The notes under the pieces: generated by a model
Databases searched by the model: none
The model's input: the letters and a program-made list of their open reading frames with translations, nothing else
Told to the model about the DNA's origin: nothing
Part shown: positions 8,631-18,297 of the stretch, one piece after another
How positions within the stretch are numbered: position 1 is the stretch's first letter
Layout: each line of letters starts with the position of its first letter
Assembly: GCA_050010515.1 (NCBI GenBank)
Contig: JBEKKX010000033.1
Span: 1 to 27,465 of the forward strand
Reading direction: 5' to 3'
DNA length: 27,465 bases
From: Candidatus Bathyarchaeia archaeon
GTDB taxonomy: Archaea > Thermoproteota > Bathyarchaeia > Bathyarchaeales > Bathycorpusculaceae
Translations under genes and position numbers: made by a program

Positions 8631-10166
8631 GTGACAAAAGTGACCATCATTCGGTCTTATAATGAATTATTATCAAAAACTAAAGATGTTATAGTGTTTG
8701 GAACCGCTGAGGGCATAATTCACTGGGACATGGAAACTTACATGCCTCCAAACGCAGTGGAGCAACGAAGCCTGCAACTCTCCTTGCTAAGCCGTATTCA
8801 TCACAAAATGGGCACAGACCCACAAATCGGAAAACTACTCAACGACATACAAGCAAGCCCCGCGTACGAAGCGCTCGGCCAAGCGGAGAAACGCAACATT
8901 TACCTGATCAACAAAAGCTATCGAGAACAAAATAGTTTGCCTGAAAAACTCGTGGCTGAGCTTGCCAAGCAAGAAGCAGTAACAGTAAACGTTTGGAAAA
9001 AAGCTAAAGCCCAAAAAAACTTCAGCCTCTTCAAAGCGGACTTACAAAAACTTTTAGATTTAAGCAAGCGAGCGGCAGAAATCCTCATGAAGGTTAAGGA
9101 AACCAAAACGCCATATGAAGCGTTGATTGATAACTTTGAGCCTAAAATGACTACGGATCAGATTACGGCAACATTTAACCAACTCCAAGGCGGCTTGAAA
9201 CAGCTGATAAGCAAGATCCAAGCCAGCTCAAACAAGTCAGATACAGCAATACTTTATCAGCCAGTTCCAGCAGAGAACCAACGCCAAATTACACAACTCT
9301 TAACAAAAACATTAGGTTACGACACTGCCTCTCCTGCGGCACATGGGAGAATTGATGAGACAGAACACCCATTTACCACAGGCTACTACGATGATGTACG
9401 CATAACGACTCATTATTACCCAAGCAATTATGCGAGCTCAATCTTCTCTGTACTTCATGAGAGTGGACATGCGCTCTATGAGCAGAACCTTAACCCAAAA
9501 TGGAAATATCAACCAATAGGCTCCACATGCTCCTATGGAATACATGAGTCGCAATCACGCTTTTATGAAAACGTAATTGGCCGCTCGAAAGAGTTTTGGA
9601 CAAGCTTTATGCCTAAACTTAAAAAAGCAGCTCCCAGCCTTGCAAACGTTGAATTAGACAAGTTCTTCAGAGCTATCAACAAGGTTGAGTTTTCAAAAAT
9701 CCGCATTGAAGCCGACGAGGTAACATACAACTTGCATGTGATTATTCGTTTTGAAATTGAAAGAGACCTTTTCGCCGATAAAATCGCAGTCAACGAACTC
9801 CCTGAGGCTTGGAACCAGAAATATGCTGATTATCTAGGCGTAAAAGTTGAAGATGACTCTGAAGGAGTAATGCAGGACACACATTGGGCAAGCGGCTTAT
9901 ACGGTTATTTCCCAAGCTACGCACTTGGCAACATTTACAGTGGACAAATAACCGCTACAATCAGCAAAGATCTGCCGGATTGGCGCAATCAACTTGCATC
10001 GGGAAAACTAAACCACGTTAACGATTGGCTAAAGAGAAACATTCACAGCCAAGGAGACCTCTATGACCCAGAAGAACTAATCAAAAAAGCGACTGGCAGA
10101 AACCTGAATTCTGAACTTTACCTGCAATACTTAAATGAAAAATACAGTAACATTTACGGATTTTAA
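8631..10166 (+). CDS. Carboxypeptidase Taq (peptidase M32)
   Basis: HPFT, DVRITT, HESGH (HEXXH), HESQS, IRIEADE, QDTHW, GYFPSYALG. Confidence 0.97.
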   Translation: MTKVTIIRSYNELLSKTKDVIVFGTAEGIIHWDMETYMPPNAVEQRSLQLSLLSRIHHKMGTDPQIGKLLNDIQASPAYEALGQAEKRNIYLINKSYREQNSLPEKLVAELAKQEAVTVNVWKKAKAQKNFSLFKADLQKLLDLSKRAAEILMKVKETKTPYEALIDNFEPKMTTDQITATFNQLQGGLKQLISKIQASSNKSDTAILYQPVPAENQRQITQLLTKTLGYDTASPAAHGRIDETEHPFTTGYYDDVRITTHYYPSNYASSIFSVLHESGHALYEQNLNPKWKYQPIGSTCSYGIHESQSRFYENVIGRSKEFWTSFMPKLKKAAPSLANVELDKFFRAINKVEFSKIRIEADEVTYNLHVIIRFEIERDLFADKIAVNELPEAWNQKYADYLGVKVEDDSEGVMQDTHWASGLYGYFPSYALGNIYSGQITATISKDLPDWRNQLASGKLNHVNDWLKRNIHSQGDLYDPEELIKKATGRNLNSELYLQYLNEKYSNIYGF

Positions 10167-10345
10167 GCAGACGGTTTCTTAGTCAATTCCTTGTACAGGT
10201 ATATTATAACGTAGGCTGCGATTGCGCCGATGAATAGGTAAACGCCAGTGTAACCGACAATTGCATTATAAATGTTGGCGCCGTACAGGAACAGCAAAAA
10301 ACCAAGTATGAATATTCCTAAGCATGCCCAGTTAATCCAAGACAT
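10163..10345 (-). CDS. Small 2-TM membrane protein
   Basis: Two hydrophobic helices with a basic C-terminus; start at 10345 (MSWINW) or 10366. Confidence 0.65.
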   Translation of the reverse strand: MSWINWACLGIFILGFLLFLYGANIYNAIVGYTGVYLFIGAIAAYVIIYLYKELTKKPSA

Positions 10346-10517
10346 CCGATTCCTCATAGGATGCATTCAATAAAACTTCAAGGTATATAGATTTACCGCT
10401 GGATCTTTTCCCTGAGGAGCAAGTTGTTTCAGCTGCCCCAAAGAAAAAAACATTAAACGACAACCTGCCGCTAAAACCACCTTAGCCCTCCTTAATACTG
10501 TTCCAAGCTTCCGACAC

Positions 10518-10529
10518 TTTTATATATAA
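10518..10529 (+). promoter_or_regulatory. TATA box of fae-hps
   Basis: TTTTATATATAA about 32-43 nt upstream of the ATG at 10561. Confidence 0.6.
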
Positions 10530-10560
10530 GATAGGATACAGAGAGCACTGAGGCTAAAAA

Positions 10561-12003
10561 ATGTCGGGAGCAGATGTCAAAAAACCAGAAACTCGAGAAG
10601 AATTTGTTAAAATGTTGAATGAAGCGGCGAAAAAAGAAGGCGGCTCAAAAAATAAGCCGACAAAACCGACAGTTGTCGGAACAGCAAAAGAAATGGACAT
10701 TCACAGGGATACACTTTACACGTGGTTAAAAGAGTTCAATGTCGATTTCAAAGAGATTGTTGACCATATGCCGACAATGGTTGCCAAGGGCGCTGAAGAA
10801 AATTCAGGAAGCACTTACTTAATCGGTGAATCTCTGGTTGGAGAAGGAAACGAAGTTGCACACATCGACCTGATGATAGGTGACAAGAATGGCCCAGTTG
10901 GCCAAGCATTCGCTAATGGCATGACAAGTTTATCAGCCGGTCATACGCCACTGCTGGCAGTAATAAGACCGAACTTGCCGCCGAAACCCCACACGCTAAT
11001 AGTGCCTAAAGTAACCATTAAGAACATGGAGGACACAGGAAAAATTTTTGGTCCAGCACAAGCAGCAGTTGCCAAAGCTATCGCTGATTCTGCAGAAGAG
11101 GGAATTATTCCCGCAGACAAACTTGATGACTGGGTTATAATTTGCAGCGTATTTGTTCATCCGCAAGCAAGCGATTACCGAAGAATATACCAGTATAATT
11201 ATGGCGCAACAAAAATGGCGCTTCAACGAGCATTAAAGAATTACCCATCACAGGAAAAGATAATTTATGAGAAAGACCGCGCAAAGCATCCGATAATGGG
11301 CTTTAAAGTTCCACGCTTATGGAGACCACCATACCTGCAGATTTCTATGGATGCACCTGAGCTTGAGAAAACCAAAAAAATCCTCGCTCAACTTCCAGGA
11401 AGTGACAGAATCATCATTGAAGCCGGAACACCACTAATCAAACGTTACGGAACAAGAGTAATCAGCGACCTGAGACAAGTAGCGAAAGACTCGTTCATAG
11501 TTGCAGACCTAAAAACCCTTGACGTTGGAAAAGTCGAAGTAGACATAGCATATGAAGACACCGCAGACGCAGTGGTTGCTGCTGGATTGGCGCCTCCTGA
11601 AACTCTTGATGCGTTCGTTCATGAAGCCAAAAGACTTGGAATATACGCGGTTATAGACATGCTAAATGTTGAAGATGTTCTTGGAAAACTTGAGTCACTC
11701 AAAGAGTTCCCAGACGTCGTAATATTGCACCGAGGAATAGATCAAGAAAGCGGAAGAACCTGCGGACTTGAACGTATAAAAATAATACGCCAAGCTTTCC
11801 CAAACAAGAAATTCCTAATAGCGGTTGCAGGCGGAATAGTACCAGAAACAGCCAAAGAAGCTTTAGAGCAAGGTGCTGACATCCTAATCGTCGGAAGATA
11901 CGTAACACAATCAAAAGACATTGAACGCTCAGTAAGAGACTTCCTTGAGCTAACACCAAGCATGCGAGAAGACATCGACTTATTCAGAGTCCACACAGAA
12001 TAA
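10561..12003 (+). CDS. fae-hps: Bifunctional formaldehyde-activating enzyme / 3-hexulose-6-phosphate synthase with an extra N-terminal HTH
   Basis: Fae: [46 protein letters not shown]: [45 protein letters not shown]. Confidence 0.95.
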   Translation: MSGADVKKPETREEFVKMLNEAAKKEGGSKNKPTKPTVVGTAKEMDIHRDTLYTWLKEFNVDFKEIVDHMPTMVAKGAEENSGSTYLIGESLVGEGNEVAHIDLMIGDKNGPVGQAFANGMTSLSAGHTPLLAVIRPNLPPKPHTLIVPKVTIKNMEDTGKIFGPAQAAVAKAIADSAEEGIIPADKLDDWVIICSVFVHPQASDYRRIYQYNYGATKMALQRALKNYPSQEKIIYEKDRAKHPIMGFKVPRLWRPPYLQISMDAPELEKTKKILAQLPGSDRIIIEAGTPLIKRYGTRVISDLRQVAKDSFIVADLKTLDVGKVEVDIAYEDTADAVVAAGLAPPETLDAFVHEAKRLGIYAVIDMLNVEDVLGKLESLKEFPDVVILHRGIDQESGRTCGLERIKIIRQAFPNKKFLIAVAGGIVPETAKEALEQGADILIVGRYVTQSKDIERSVRDFLELTPSMREDIDLFRVHTE

Positions 12004-12032
12004 GCTTGAACCCCGAGCGCAAACTCGCTCAA

Positions 12033-12066
12033 TTTTTTCTTTCATTTGTCTTCTTTTTTTTATTTG
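12033..12066 (+). terminator. Oligo-T tract, probable archaeal terminator
   Basis: TTTTTTCTTTCATTTGTCTTCTTTTTTTTATTT about 30 nt after the fae-hps stop. Confidence 0.5.
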
Positions 12067-12476
12067 CTACCCAACAGGATCAAAAAGTGTTTTTCTATTT
12101 TTCGAATAAGCCAAAACACCGGCTGCCTTAACGCTTACCTGCTGCCTATTTGGAATAAGTTATAGCTGTTTTTAATTTTAAGATATTATTCACTTTTCAG
12201 TTACCCCGCAATTGAGGGGATAAGCCTTTTCTAGATGGTTTATTAGGCGTAAACATTCCTCTGTGCAGTTATTTAACATGCAAAAGCAACCATTTTCATG
12301 TTGAAAAGCGAAGGCGTCACTTCTATGTTGAAGTATGTTAAATCATATTTGGGGCATATTAGAAGCATATCGTAGACCGGGAGGGTAGGTTGTAAGAGCA
12401 AACACGACCCGCCCTATAGGGTACCCTACTATTTGTGACAAAATTCCACCATAAAAAGGGCATGCACCTTGATGCT

Positions 12477-13706
12477 TTAACGGAACAGTTTCAGAGCCAA
12501 AAAGGCGACTAAGAAAATCACGGCGGTTATGACGAACATTGGAACATAATTCAGGTGAAAAGCAAGGAAAGGCCCGAGAAAAGCGCCCAGTGCGGATCCT
12601 AACCCGACCATTCCATCGAAAAGCCCTGCCTTGCCCTGCGGTATAACCTCCATTGACAGCGAAAGCATCATGATGTAGTACATGGCATATGCAAATCCAA
12701 TAAAAATCAGCAGGACGCCCGTCATGATCTTAGGTGAAAAATGCAATAGAATAACCCCGACCAGTATGAAGATGATTATGCTACGTGAAAGCACAAAACG
12801 GGGCATCTGCTTTCTTATATCCATTGACTGCGCCCGGCGACCAATCAGGAAGTAACCTGTCGTCCCCCCAACGGAGTTTAAAATATACGCAACATAAACC
12901 CAACTTGTCGACAAACCTAAACCGTGCCTAAGAAAGATCGGCAAAGGCGTAAAGAACAGGCTTGTCGCAAGAGCAAACAAAACTATTGCTACGACGAACC
13001 CAGCGAAACTTTCCTCCTTAAGCGAACCATCCCACCGCAGACCATCCATAAGCCTCGATGAACCCTCAAAACCACGATTAGCATAATCCATCTTCCTCTC
13101 AATGCCGACCAGCCGCCTCTCGAAAATCATCAATGGATCCGCAACTAGCAGCACCGCCAGAATCAACGCCACTACGCTTAGGCCACTGCATAGATAAAAC
13201 GTGTAGATCGACAGCACAGAGAAGCTAAGAGTAGACGCAAACATGAATATCCCCATAGCCAAGCCGACAATTGTGCCAATTTCGGTGATACCCTCATAAA
13301 ACCCGAAAGTTCTCTCCCAATTATTGCGGCTGTAATGCTCAGTGACAAGAACGTTCTTCGGCGATTCATGCGCCACATGAAGCATCTGCATAGCCACATA
13401 CAAGGCAACAAAGAAAATTAGATTCTGAGCGAAGGGAAGCGTCATAAGGAAAAGAATCGTGGCTATCGATGCGAAAGAAAGAAGAATGAAGATTTTGTAG
13501 TGACGGGTAGCATCGCAGAGGTACCCCCAGAGGAACGAAGCAGGGATCGAGCAAAAGATCGCTATTGAAGTCATAACGCCCAGAGCAAGCAGCGGCCCAC
13601 CCAAGATACTGGTATTCTTGAACGCCACGACATAGAGCGGTATGAAGACCGTTAACAATCCGAAAGCCATGTCATGGAAGAAGAACCCTAGCCGCCACAT
13701 AGCCAA
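12477..13706 (-). CDS. MFS transporter (about 12 TM)
   Basis: About 12 hydrophobic segments; motif-A-like WGYLCDATRHYK; C-terminal GLGSALGAFLG. Confidence 0.85.
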   Translation of the reverse strand: MAMWRLGFFFHDMAFGLLTVFIPLYVVAFKNTSILGGPLLALGVMTSIAIFCSIPASFLWGYLCDATRHYKIFILLSFASIATILFLMTLPFAQNLIFFVALYVAMQMLHVAHESPKNVLVTEHYSRNNWERTFGFYEGITEIGTIVGLAMGIFMFASTLSFSVLSIYTFYLCSGLSVVALILAVLLVADPLMIFERRLVGIERKMDYANRGFEGSSRLMDGLRWDGSLKEESFAGFVVAIVLFALATSLFFTPLPIFLRHGLGLSTSWVYVAYILNSVGGTTGYFLIGRRAQSMDIRKQMPRFVLSRSIIIFILVGVILLHFSPKIMTGVLLIFIGFAYAMYYIMMLSLSMEVIPQGKAGLFDGMVGLGSALGAFLGPFLAFHLNYVPMFVITAVIFLVAFLALKLFR

Positions 13707-13942
13707 AGAACGGCTTCAAAGATGCATTAAAGCTTTTGCATGAAAAATACTAAGTTGTTTGAAAAGCAGGCATAGAGCTAAAATTTTTCATAAATCCTTA
13801 TCGGGTAATCTGTGGAGACATCTCCCGCAACCAATTTCTTTTTTTACAACAGGAAAGCCAAAATTCAAGTACCCATCTTATTTTTATACTTGCTGAAAAA
13901 GATAACATCAGTCACGTAATTGTAGTGGGAATGATGAGTTAG

Positions 13943-14572
13943 ATGCTTAAGCATGAACGACTCGGCAGGAGTAACCAAGACTCCGTTGCAATTGGTCTAT
14001 GCGGAGAGATGTATTCTGGGAAAGACACAGCCGCTGATTACATTGTTTCAAAATACGGTTTTAGGAAATTTAGTTACAGCACTGATGTTTTAAAGCCAAT
14101 AATCTCTTTTTGTCAAGGAAAAGAGACACGAGAAGTATACATTAATCTTGGCGCTTCGCTTGACAAAGTGTTTGGAGACTTTTGTCTTGACTCGCTTTTG
14201 CACAGAAGAATTAGCCAAGAAGCCAGCAAAAAAGTAGTAATTCCAAATATTAGGCTCTTTAACAATGTTGACTACTGGAAGAACGCGAGCGGCTTTGAGT
14301 TTTACTTAATTCTTGTGTTAGCAGAACAGAGGTTGAGGCTCAGCAGGTGGATGAAGCTATTGTCTGAGAAACCTTTGCACGAATATGACAAGGCGCTCAA
14401 GACCAAAGAGGATTTTGAGATTTTAAATAGGAAGGACTTGGAGGAGACGGATTTGTTTAATTTACTGCATAACCGAAAATTCGACTTTACAATTGTCAAC
14501 AACTCGGATTTAATGAACTTGTACGTTCAAATTGATACAATAATGAAGGTTATTGAAAAAAAGCCTACTTGA
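13943..14572 (+). CDS. P-loop nucleoside/deoxynucleoside-monophosphate kinase-like protein (dNMP kinase / UPF0200-like)
   Basis: IGLCGEMYSGKDTAADYI (Walker A), GFRKFSYS.DVLK, VVIPNIR, R..R lid, DFTIVNN. Confidence 0.8.
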   Translation: MLKHERLGRSNQDSVAIGLCGEMYSGKDTAADYIVSKYGFRKFSYSTDVLKPIISFCQGKETREVYINLGASLDKVFGDFCLDSLLHRRISQEASKKVVIPNIRLFNNVDYWKNASGFEFYLILVLAEQRLRLSRWMKLLSEKPLHEYDKALKTKEDFEILNRKDLEETDLFNLLHNRKFDFTIVNNSDLMNLYVQIDTIMKVIEKKPT

Positions 14573-14707
14573 TTTTCCCTCCTAAAAAATGAACACCAAA
14601 AGAGCTAGTCAGATGATTTCCCAATTAAAATTTTTACCAAACTTTCGGTATTTATGAGTTCATCGCTTATATAGATAATGAACTGAATATTAAGCGAGGT
14701 CATCAAG

Positions 14708-15052
14708 TTGGACTCTGCGGAAATGTTTGTTGCAATTGTAGGTTTGTCAGCTGCAACCTTAGTGATATTGTGTGCTATCTATTTAGATTACAGAGTCAAA
14801 TCTAAGAGGCTGACCCTAATTGGCAGAGGCATCTGGAAGATAGAGTATGACCAAACAAGACAGAAAAACGCTGTTCTTGCCGGTTCGGCTTTAATAGCAA
14901 TGGGGATATCAATTCTTGTCGGAACCTTCTCACCTGGTGGGGTTTGGTCCAGAATAGAGTTATCAGTAGGGTTAGCTCTTATAATGGTTGGAGGCATGTT
15001 TGTCGCAAATCATCTATTTAGGGACTGTCGCATGAATGCTAGCCAGAAGTGA
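14708..15052 (+). CDS. Small 3-TM membrane protein (DUF6249-like)
   Basis: TM, then KRLTLIGRG, then two TMs, resembling the DUF6249 pattern; overlaps the next gene's start. Confidence 0.6.
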   Translation: MDSAEMFVAIVGLSAATLVILCAIYLDYRVKSKRLTLIGRGIWKIEYDQTRQKNAVLAGSALIAMGISILVGTFSPGGVWSRIELSVGLALIMVGGMFVANHLFRDCRMNASQK

Positions 15053-16433
15053 AACAATGGATTCTTTCTTTGATGTTGTAATAGTCGGCGCCGGTCCTTC
15101 CGGCTTAATGGCTGCATATGAGCTTAGTTCTAAAACTAGATGCTCCATATGCATAATGGACATGGGAACTGAAGTTTCCTCAAGAGAGTGCGGACTCATA
15201 ACTTATGGAAAATGTCAAAGATGTGAAACTTGCAAGGTTGTTCACGGTTTTGCTGGGGCTGGTCTTTTTTCGGACGGAAAGCTTTGTTTATCTAACAAAG
15301 TTGGTGAGCGATTGGGGGATACGAACAAATTTACTCCTGCCCTCGTCAAAACAGTTGACAAATTCCTCGGGGTTCAGGCTCAGGAAAAACAAAGTTCAAA
15401 GAAACATGCCGATCGAATGAAGAAGATTGCAGATGAGGCAGGATTAGGTTTAGAACTTTATCCGGTGAAGGCAATACCGCATAAAGAATCCGTAGGTTTT
15501 CTTTCGGGATTACAGAGAGAAATCTACGCACGAAGGGTTACTTTCTATGCTAACGCCTATGTCTCAGAGTTTCATAAACTTCCTTCGGGAGAATGGGAGA
15601 CTGTTGCAAAAAAGCAAGGCGGAAATTTCATTATTCGATCTCGCTTTCTTCTCATAGGGATAGGAAAATCTGGATCTCGGTGGCTGATTGAACAGCTTTC
15701 TAAGCTAGGAGTAGAATCGAAGCCAACGGCTTTCTATTTTGGGGTTCGAATAGAAACCAAACGAGAAATAATGAATAATGTTATGAGATTATCATACAAC
15801 CCGAAGTTCTTCGCTGGAAAAGATGGTCCTTTTTATGTAAAGTCCCACTGCTTCGCGGAGGGCGGGTGCGTAATCGCCTATGTCTATGATGGCATAATAG
15901 TGGCTGGAGGGTTCACTGACAACACAAATAATACAAGTTTCTCTGTGCTGGTAAAGCATAACCCTCCTTTTCCCTTTCGTACAGTCGACTATTCGCGCTG
16001 GATGTGTGAGCTGATCAATCATTTAGGAAAGAACAAAGTTATTCTTCAAAGATTGGGCGATTTTAAAGAGGGAAGAGCGTCAAAAAGGATTGATATTGAG
16101 AACAATCTTGTTACGCCTACAATGAAAGATTATTCCCTTTATAATCTGTCATCTTTCTTTGAGAAGAACATCCGTTTTGTGATTCTGGATTTCATCAAAA
16201 AACTTGATTGTCTCTGCTCTGGTCTGGACAAGGAGTCAACACTTGTTTATGGTCCTGCTTCTGAGTGGGTTGTCGACAGAATCTCTCTTAACAGTGAGAT
16301 GGAGACAATTTGCGAGAACCTGTACGTGATAGGTGATGGATCCGGAGCAACGCAGGGGATCGTTGCAGCCGCCTCGACTGGACTCATAGCTGCACAGAGC
16401 GTAGCAGATAAAATTTCAAAGACTGTTATCTAA
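15036..16433 (+). CDS. FAD-dependent oxidoreductase (COG2509-like) with a Cys cluster
   Basis: DVVIVGAGPSG, C-x6-C-x2-C-x2-C, GFAGAGLFSDGKL, GVRIET, NLYVIGDGSGATQGIVAAASTG; start may be 15057. Confidence 0.9.
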   Translation: MLARSETMDSFFDVVIVGAGPSGLMAAYELSSKTRCSICIMDMGTEVSSRECGLITYGKCQRCETCKVVHGFAGAGLFSDGKLCLSNKVGERLGDTNKFTPALVKTVDKFLGVQAQEKQSSKKHADRMKKIADEAGLGLELYPVKAIPHKESVGFLSGLQREIYARRVTFYANAYVSEFHKLPSGEWETVAKKQGGNFIIRSRFLLIGIGKSGSRWLIEQLSKLGVESKPTAFYFGVRIETKREIMNNVMRLSYNPKFFAGKDGPFYVKSHCFAEGGCVIAYVYDGIIVAGGFTDNTNNTSFSVLVKHNPPFPFRTVDYSRWMCELINHLGKNKVILQRLGDFKEGRASKRIDIENNLVTPTMKDYSLYNLSSFFEKNIRFVILDFIKKLDCLCSGLDKESTLVYGPASEWVVDRISLNSEMETICENLYVIGDGSGATQGIVAAASTGLIAAQSVADKISKTVI

Positions 16434-16456
16434 TGAATTCTTGATATTCCATGTTC

Positions 16457-17107
16457 TTATAATCCGAGCAGTAGTTTCCCAATTAACAATCCCAATATTG
16501 CAATAACGATAGTAATGATTGTGAGGAACTGTGTATAGAAGCGGTCGACCTTTTTGGTAAGTTGAGTTTTCATCTCTTTAAAGTCGTCGCTGAGCGCCTT
16601 TAAACCACTCTCGGGCAAGATTTCTTTCACGACATCAGGAATATGATCAGAACGTTGGAATGCACCACTATACACTTCGGCAGTGCTTTGAGTAGTTTCG
16701 AATTCTATTGTTGCGAAAGTCTTATTGTAGGTGAGGATCACGGGTCTATCTGTCAAATTATAGAGCAGACAGAATAGTCTACCTTTATATCCAGGATCGA
16801 TTTGCGGTTCATTGTTCAAAACCAATCCCTTCATCGCCAGGCTAAATCTTAAACCAAACCGGGCAATCAAATTTTCTGGAATGTTGACTTTCTCTTGGGT
16901 GCAAACTACAACGAGGTCGTGCGCTGGAATCTCTAAGTATGGCGCTGTTTTTTCATCCAGTTTATAATATTGCCCCCCTCTTAGATACTCATCCCCTAAT
17001 CGCAGGTCATATGATGCAGGTTTCAAAGAATCAGGTTGGAAATCTTCAACTAGCGGTGGATCGATGTTGACTCGATTTAATATCTCACTCTTTGTTAGAA
17101 TTGGCAT
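16457..17107 (-). CDS. dCTP deaminase/dUTPase-fold protein with C-terminal coiled coil and TM helix; catalytic residues degenerate
   Basis: PASYDLRLG, TQEKVNIP, IDPGYKG, YSGAFQ; ends FLTIITIVIAILGLLIGKLLLGL; start adjusted to ATG 17107. Confidence 0.85.
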   Translation of the reverse strand: MPILTKSEILNRVNIDPPLVEDFQPDSLKPASYDLRLGDEYLRGGQYYKLDEKTAPYLEIPAHDLVVVCTQEKVNIPENLIARFGLRFSLAMKGLVLNNEPQIDPGYKGRLFCLLYNLTDRPVILTYNKTFATIEFETTQSTAEVYSGAFQRSDHIPDVVKEILPESGLKALSDDFKEMKTQLTKKVDRFYTQFLTIITIVIAILGLLIGKLLLGL

Positions 17108-17253
17108 TATTATCAACCAAAATGACGTTCATCTGAAGATGAATTTAAGTCTTTTTGGTCTCAAATCGTCCGAGGTTCTCTAAAATTCTGGAATATTATA
17201 TTCAAAAAATGTTGATGGCAATGCTTAAGAAAGATTGTGATCCACTCAGATAC

Positions 17254-17889
17254 ATGAATCCTCGCGAAAACAGGAAACTGAAACGTTCTTTCTATGAAAA
17301 CGATCCGTTTACTGTCTGTAAGGATATGCTGGGCAAGTTAATCGTTAATCAAAGTAATTGTGGCATAATGACTGGCGAGATCGTTGAAACAGAAGTATAC
17401 ATTGGACCAGATGACAAGGCTTCGCATGCCTATTGTAATAAGAGAACAAAGAGAACGTCAGTGCAATTTGGGGAAAGGGGGCACGCATACATTTTCAGGG
17501 TGTATGGAATGTACAATTGTTTTTGTGCTGTTGTTGGACCTCCTTATGTACCTGCAGTTGTTCTGGTCAGAGCCGTGAGACCCATTGATGGGATTGACTT
17601 TATGAGAAAGAACCGCAGATTAAGCGCGGGTGCTCCTATTCACAAGTTAACTAATGGACCCTCAAAATTCTGCCAGGCCTATGGAATCACAGATGAGCTT
17701 AACGGTATCGATCTTCTTGGACAGAAACTATTTTTATGCGAACAAGAACAGTCAGAATTTAAAATTGCCACCTCAGCGAGAGTTGGAATTGATTATGCTG
17801 AGGAATACAAAGATGTCTGTTGGAGGTTCTACAAGGAAGGTGACATCTTTGTGTCAAAAGTAATCACAAAGAGAGACGCAAAACATTAG
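17254..17889 (+). CDS. mpg: DNA-3-methyladenine glycosylase, AAG/MPG family
   Basis: LGKLIV, IVETEVY, DKASHAY, YGMY, VLVRA, NGPSK, RVGI, WRFY; start uncertain (17209-17254). Confidence 0.93.
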   Translation: MNPRENRKLKRSFYENDPFTVCKDMLGKLIVNQSNCGIMTGEIVETEVYIGPDDKASHAYCNKRTKRTSVQFGERGHAYIFRVYGMYNCFCAVVGPPYVPAVVLVRAVRPIDGIDFMRKNRRLSAGAPIHKLTNGPSKFCQAYGITDELNGIDLLGQKLFLCEQEQSEFKIATSARVGIDYAEEYKDVCWRFYKEGDIFVSKVITKRDAKH

Positions 17890-18297
17890 ACTTGGAAACT
17901 AAGTTTAGGGTCGAGGGCACGGAAAACTCATGTGATGCTTAAAACAGCGCCGACCAGCCAAGCTTGACTCTACTCCTTCATTTTGTCTAATTCTATTAAC
18001 AGCCAGAATGGCTTAAGGCTCCTTGTCATCAATTTCTCTTTGGGAAAATTAATCTACACTACTATTATCCTCGACATAAGAGAGCATTTAAGTTTTTAAA
18101 AAAATATTCCGTCCTAAATGTGTACTAAACTCCTTATGTAAACTAAACTTAATCAGCGAGATGATATGTCTCACATTATTTCGCGTTTAAGCGAGATTGT
18201 GGCTGTTGAAACAAAATGGACTCATGATATCTTTAAAAGCTAAGCTCTAGATTAAGTAATTTATTAAATTGAATTTGTTGGGATAGCGGGAGTGAAT

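Noticed and set aside
13943-14572. Calling the kinase the housekeeping dephospho-CoA kinase (coaE)
   Set aside because: The archaeal DUF359 enzyme is present at 26811-27359, and the motifs fit NMP-kinase-like proteins better
16457-17107. Assigning gene symbol dcd
   Set aside because: Catalytic Ser/Arg/Glu appear substituted and a TM tail is present
17900-18090. Minus-strand peptide REIDDKEP*AILAVNRIRQNEGVESS as an Lrp/AsnC-like remnant
   Set aside because: Short, interrupted by stops, and similarity too weak to support by eye
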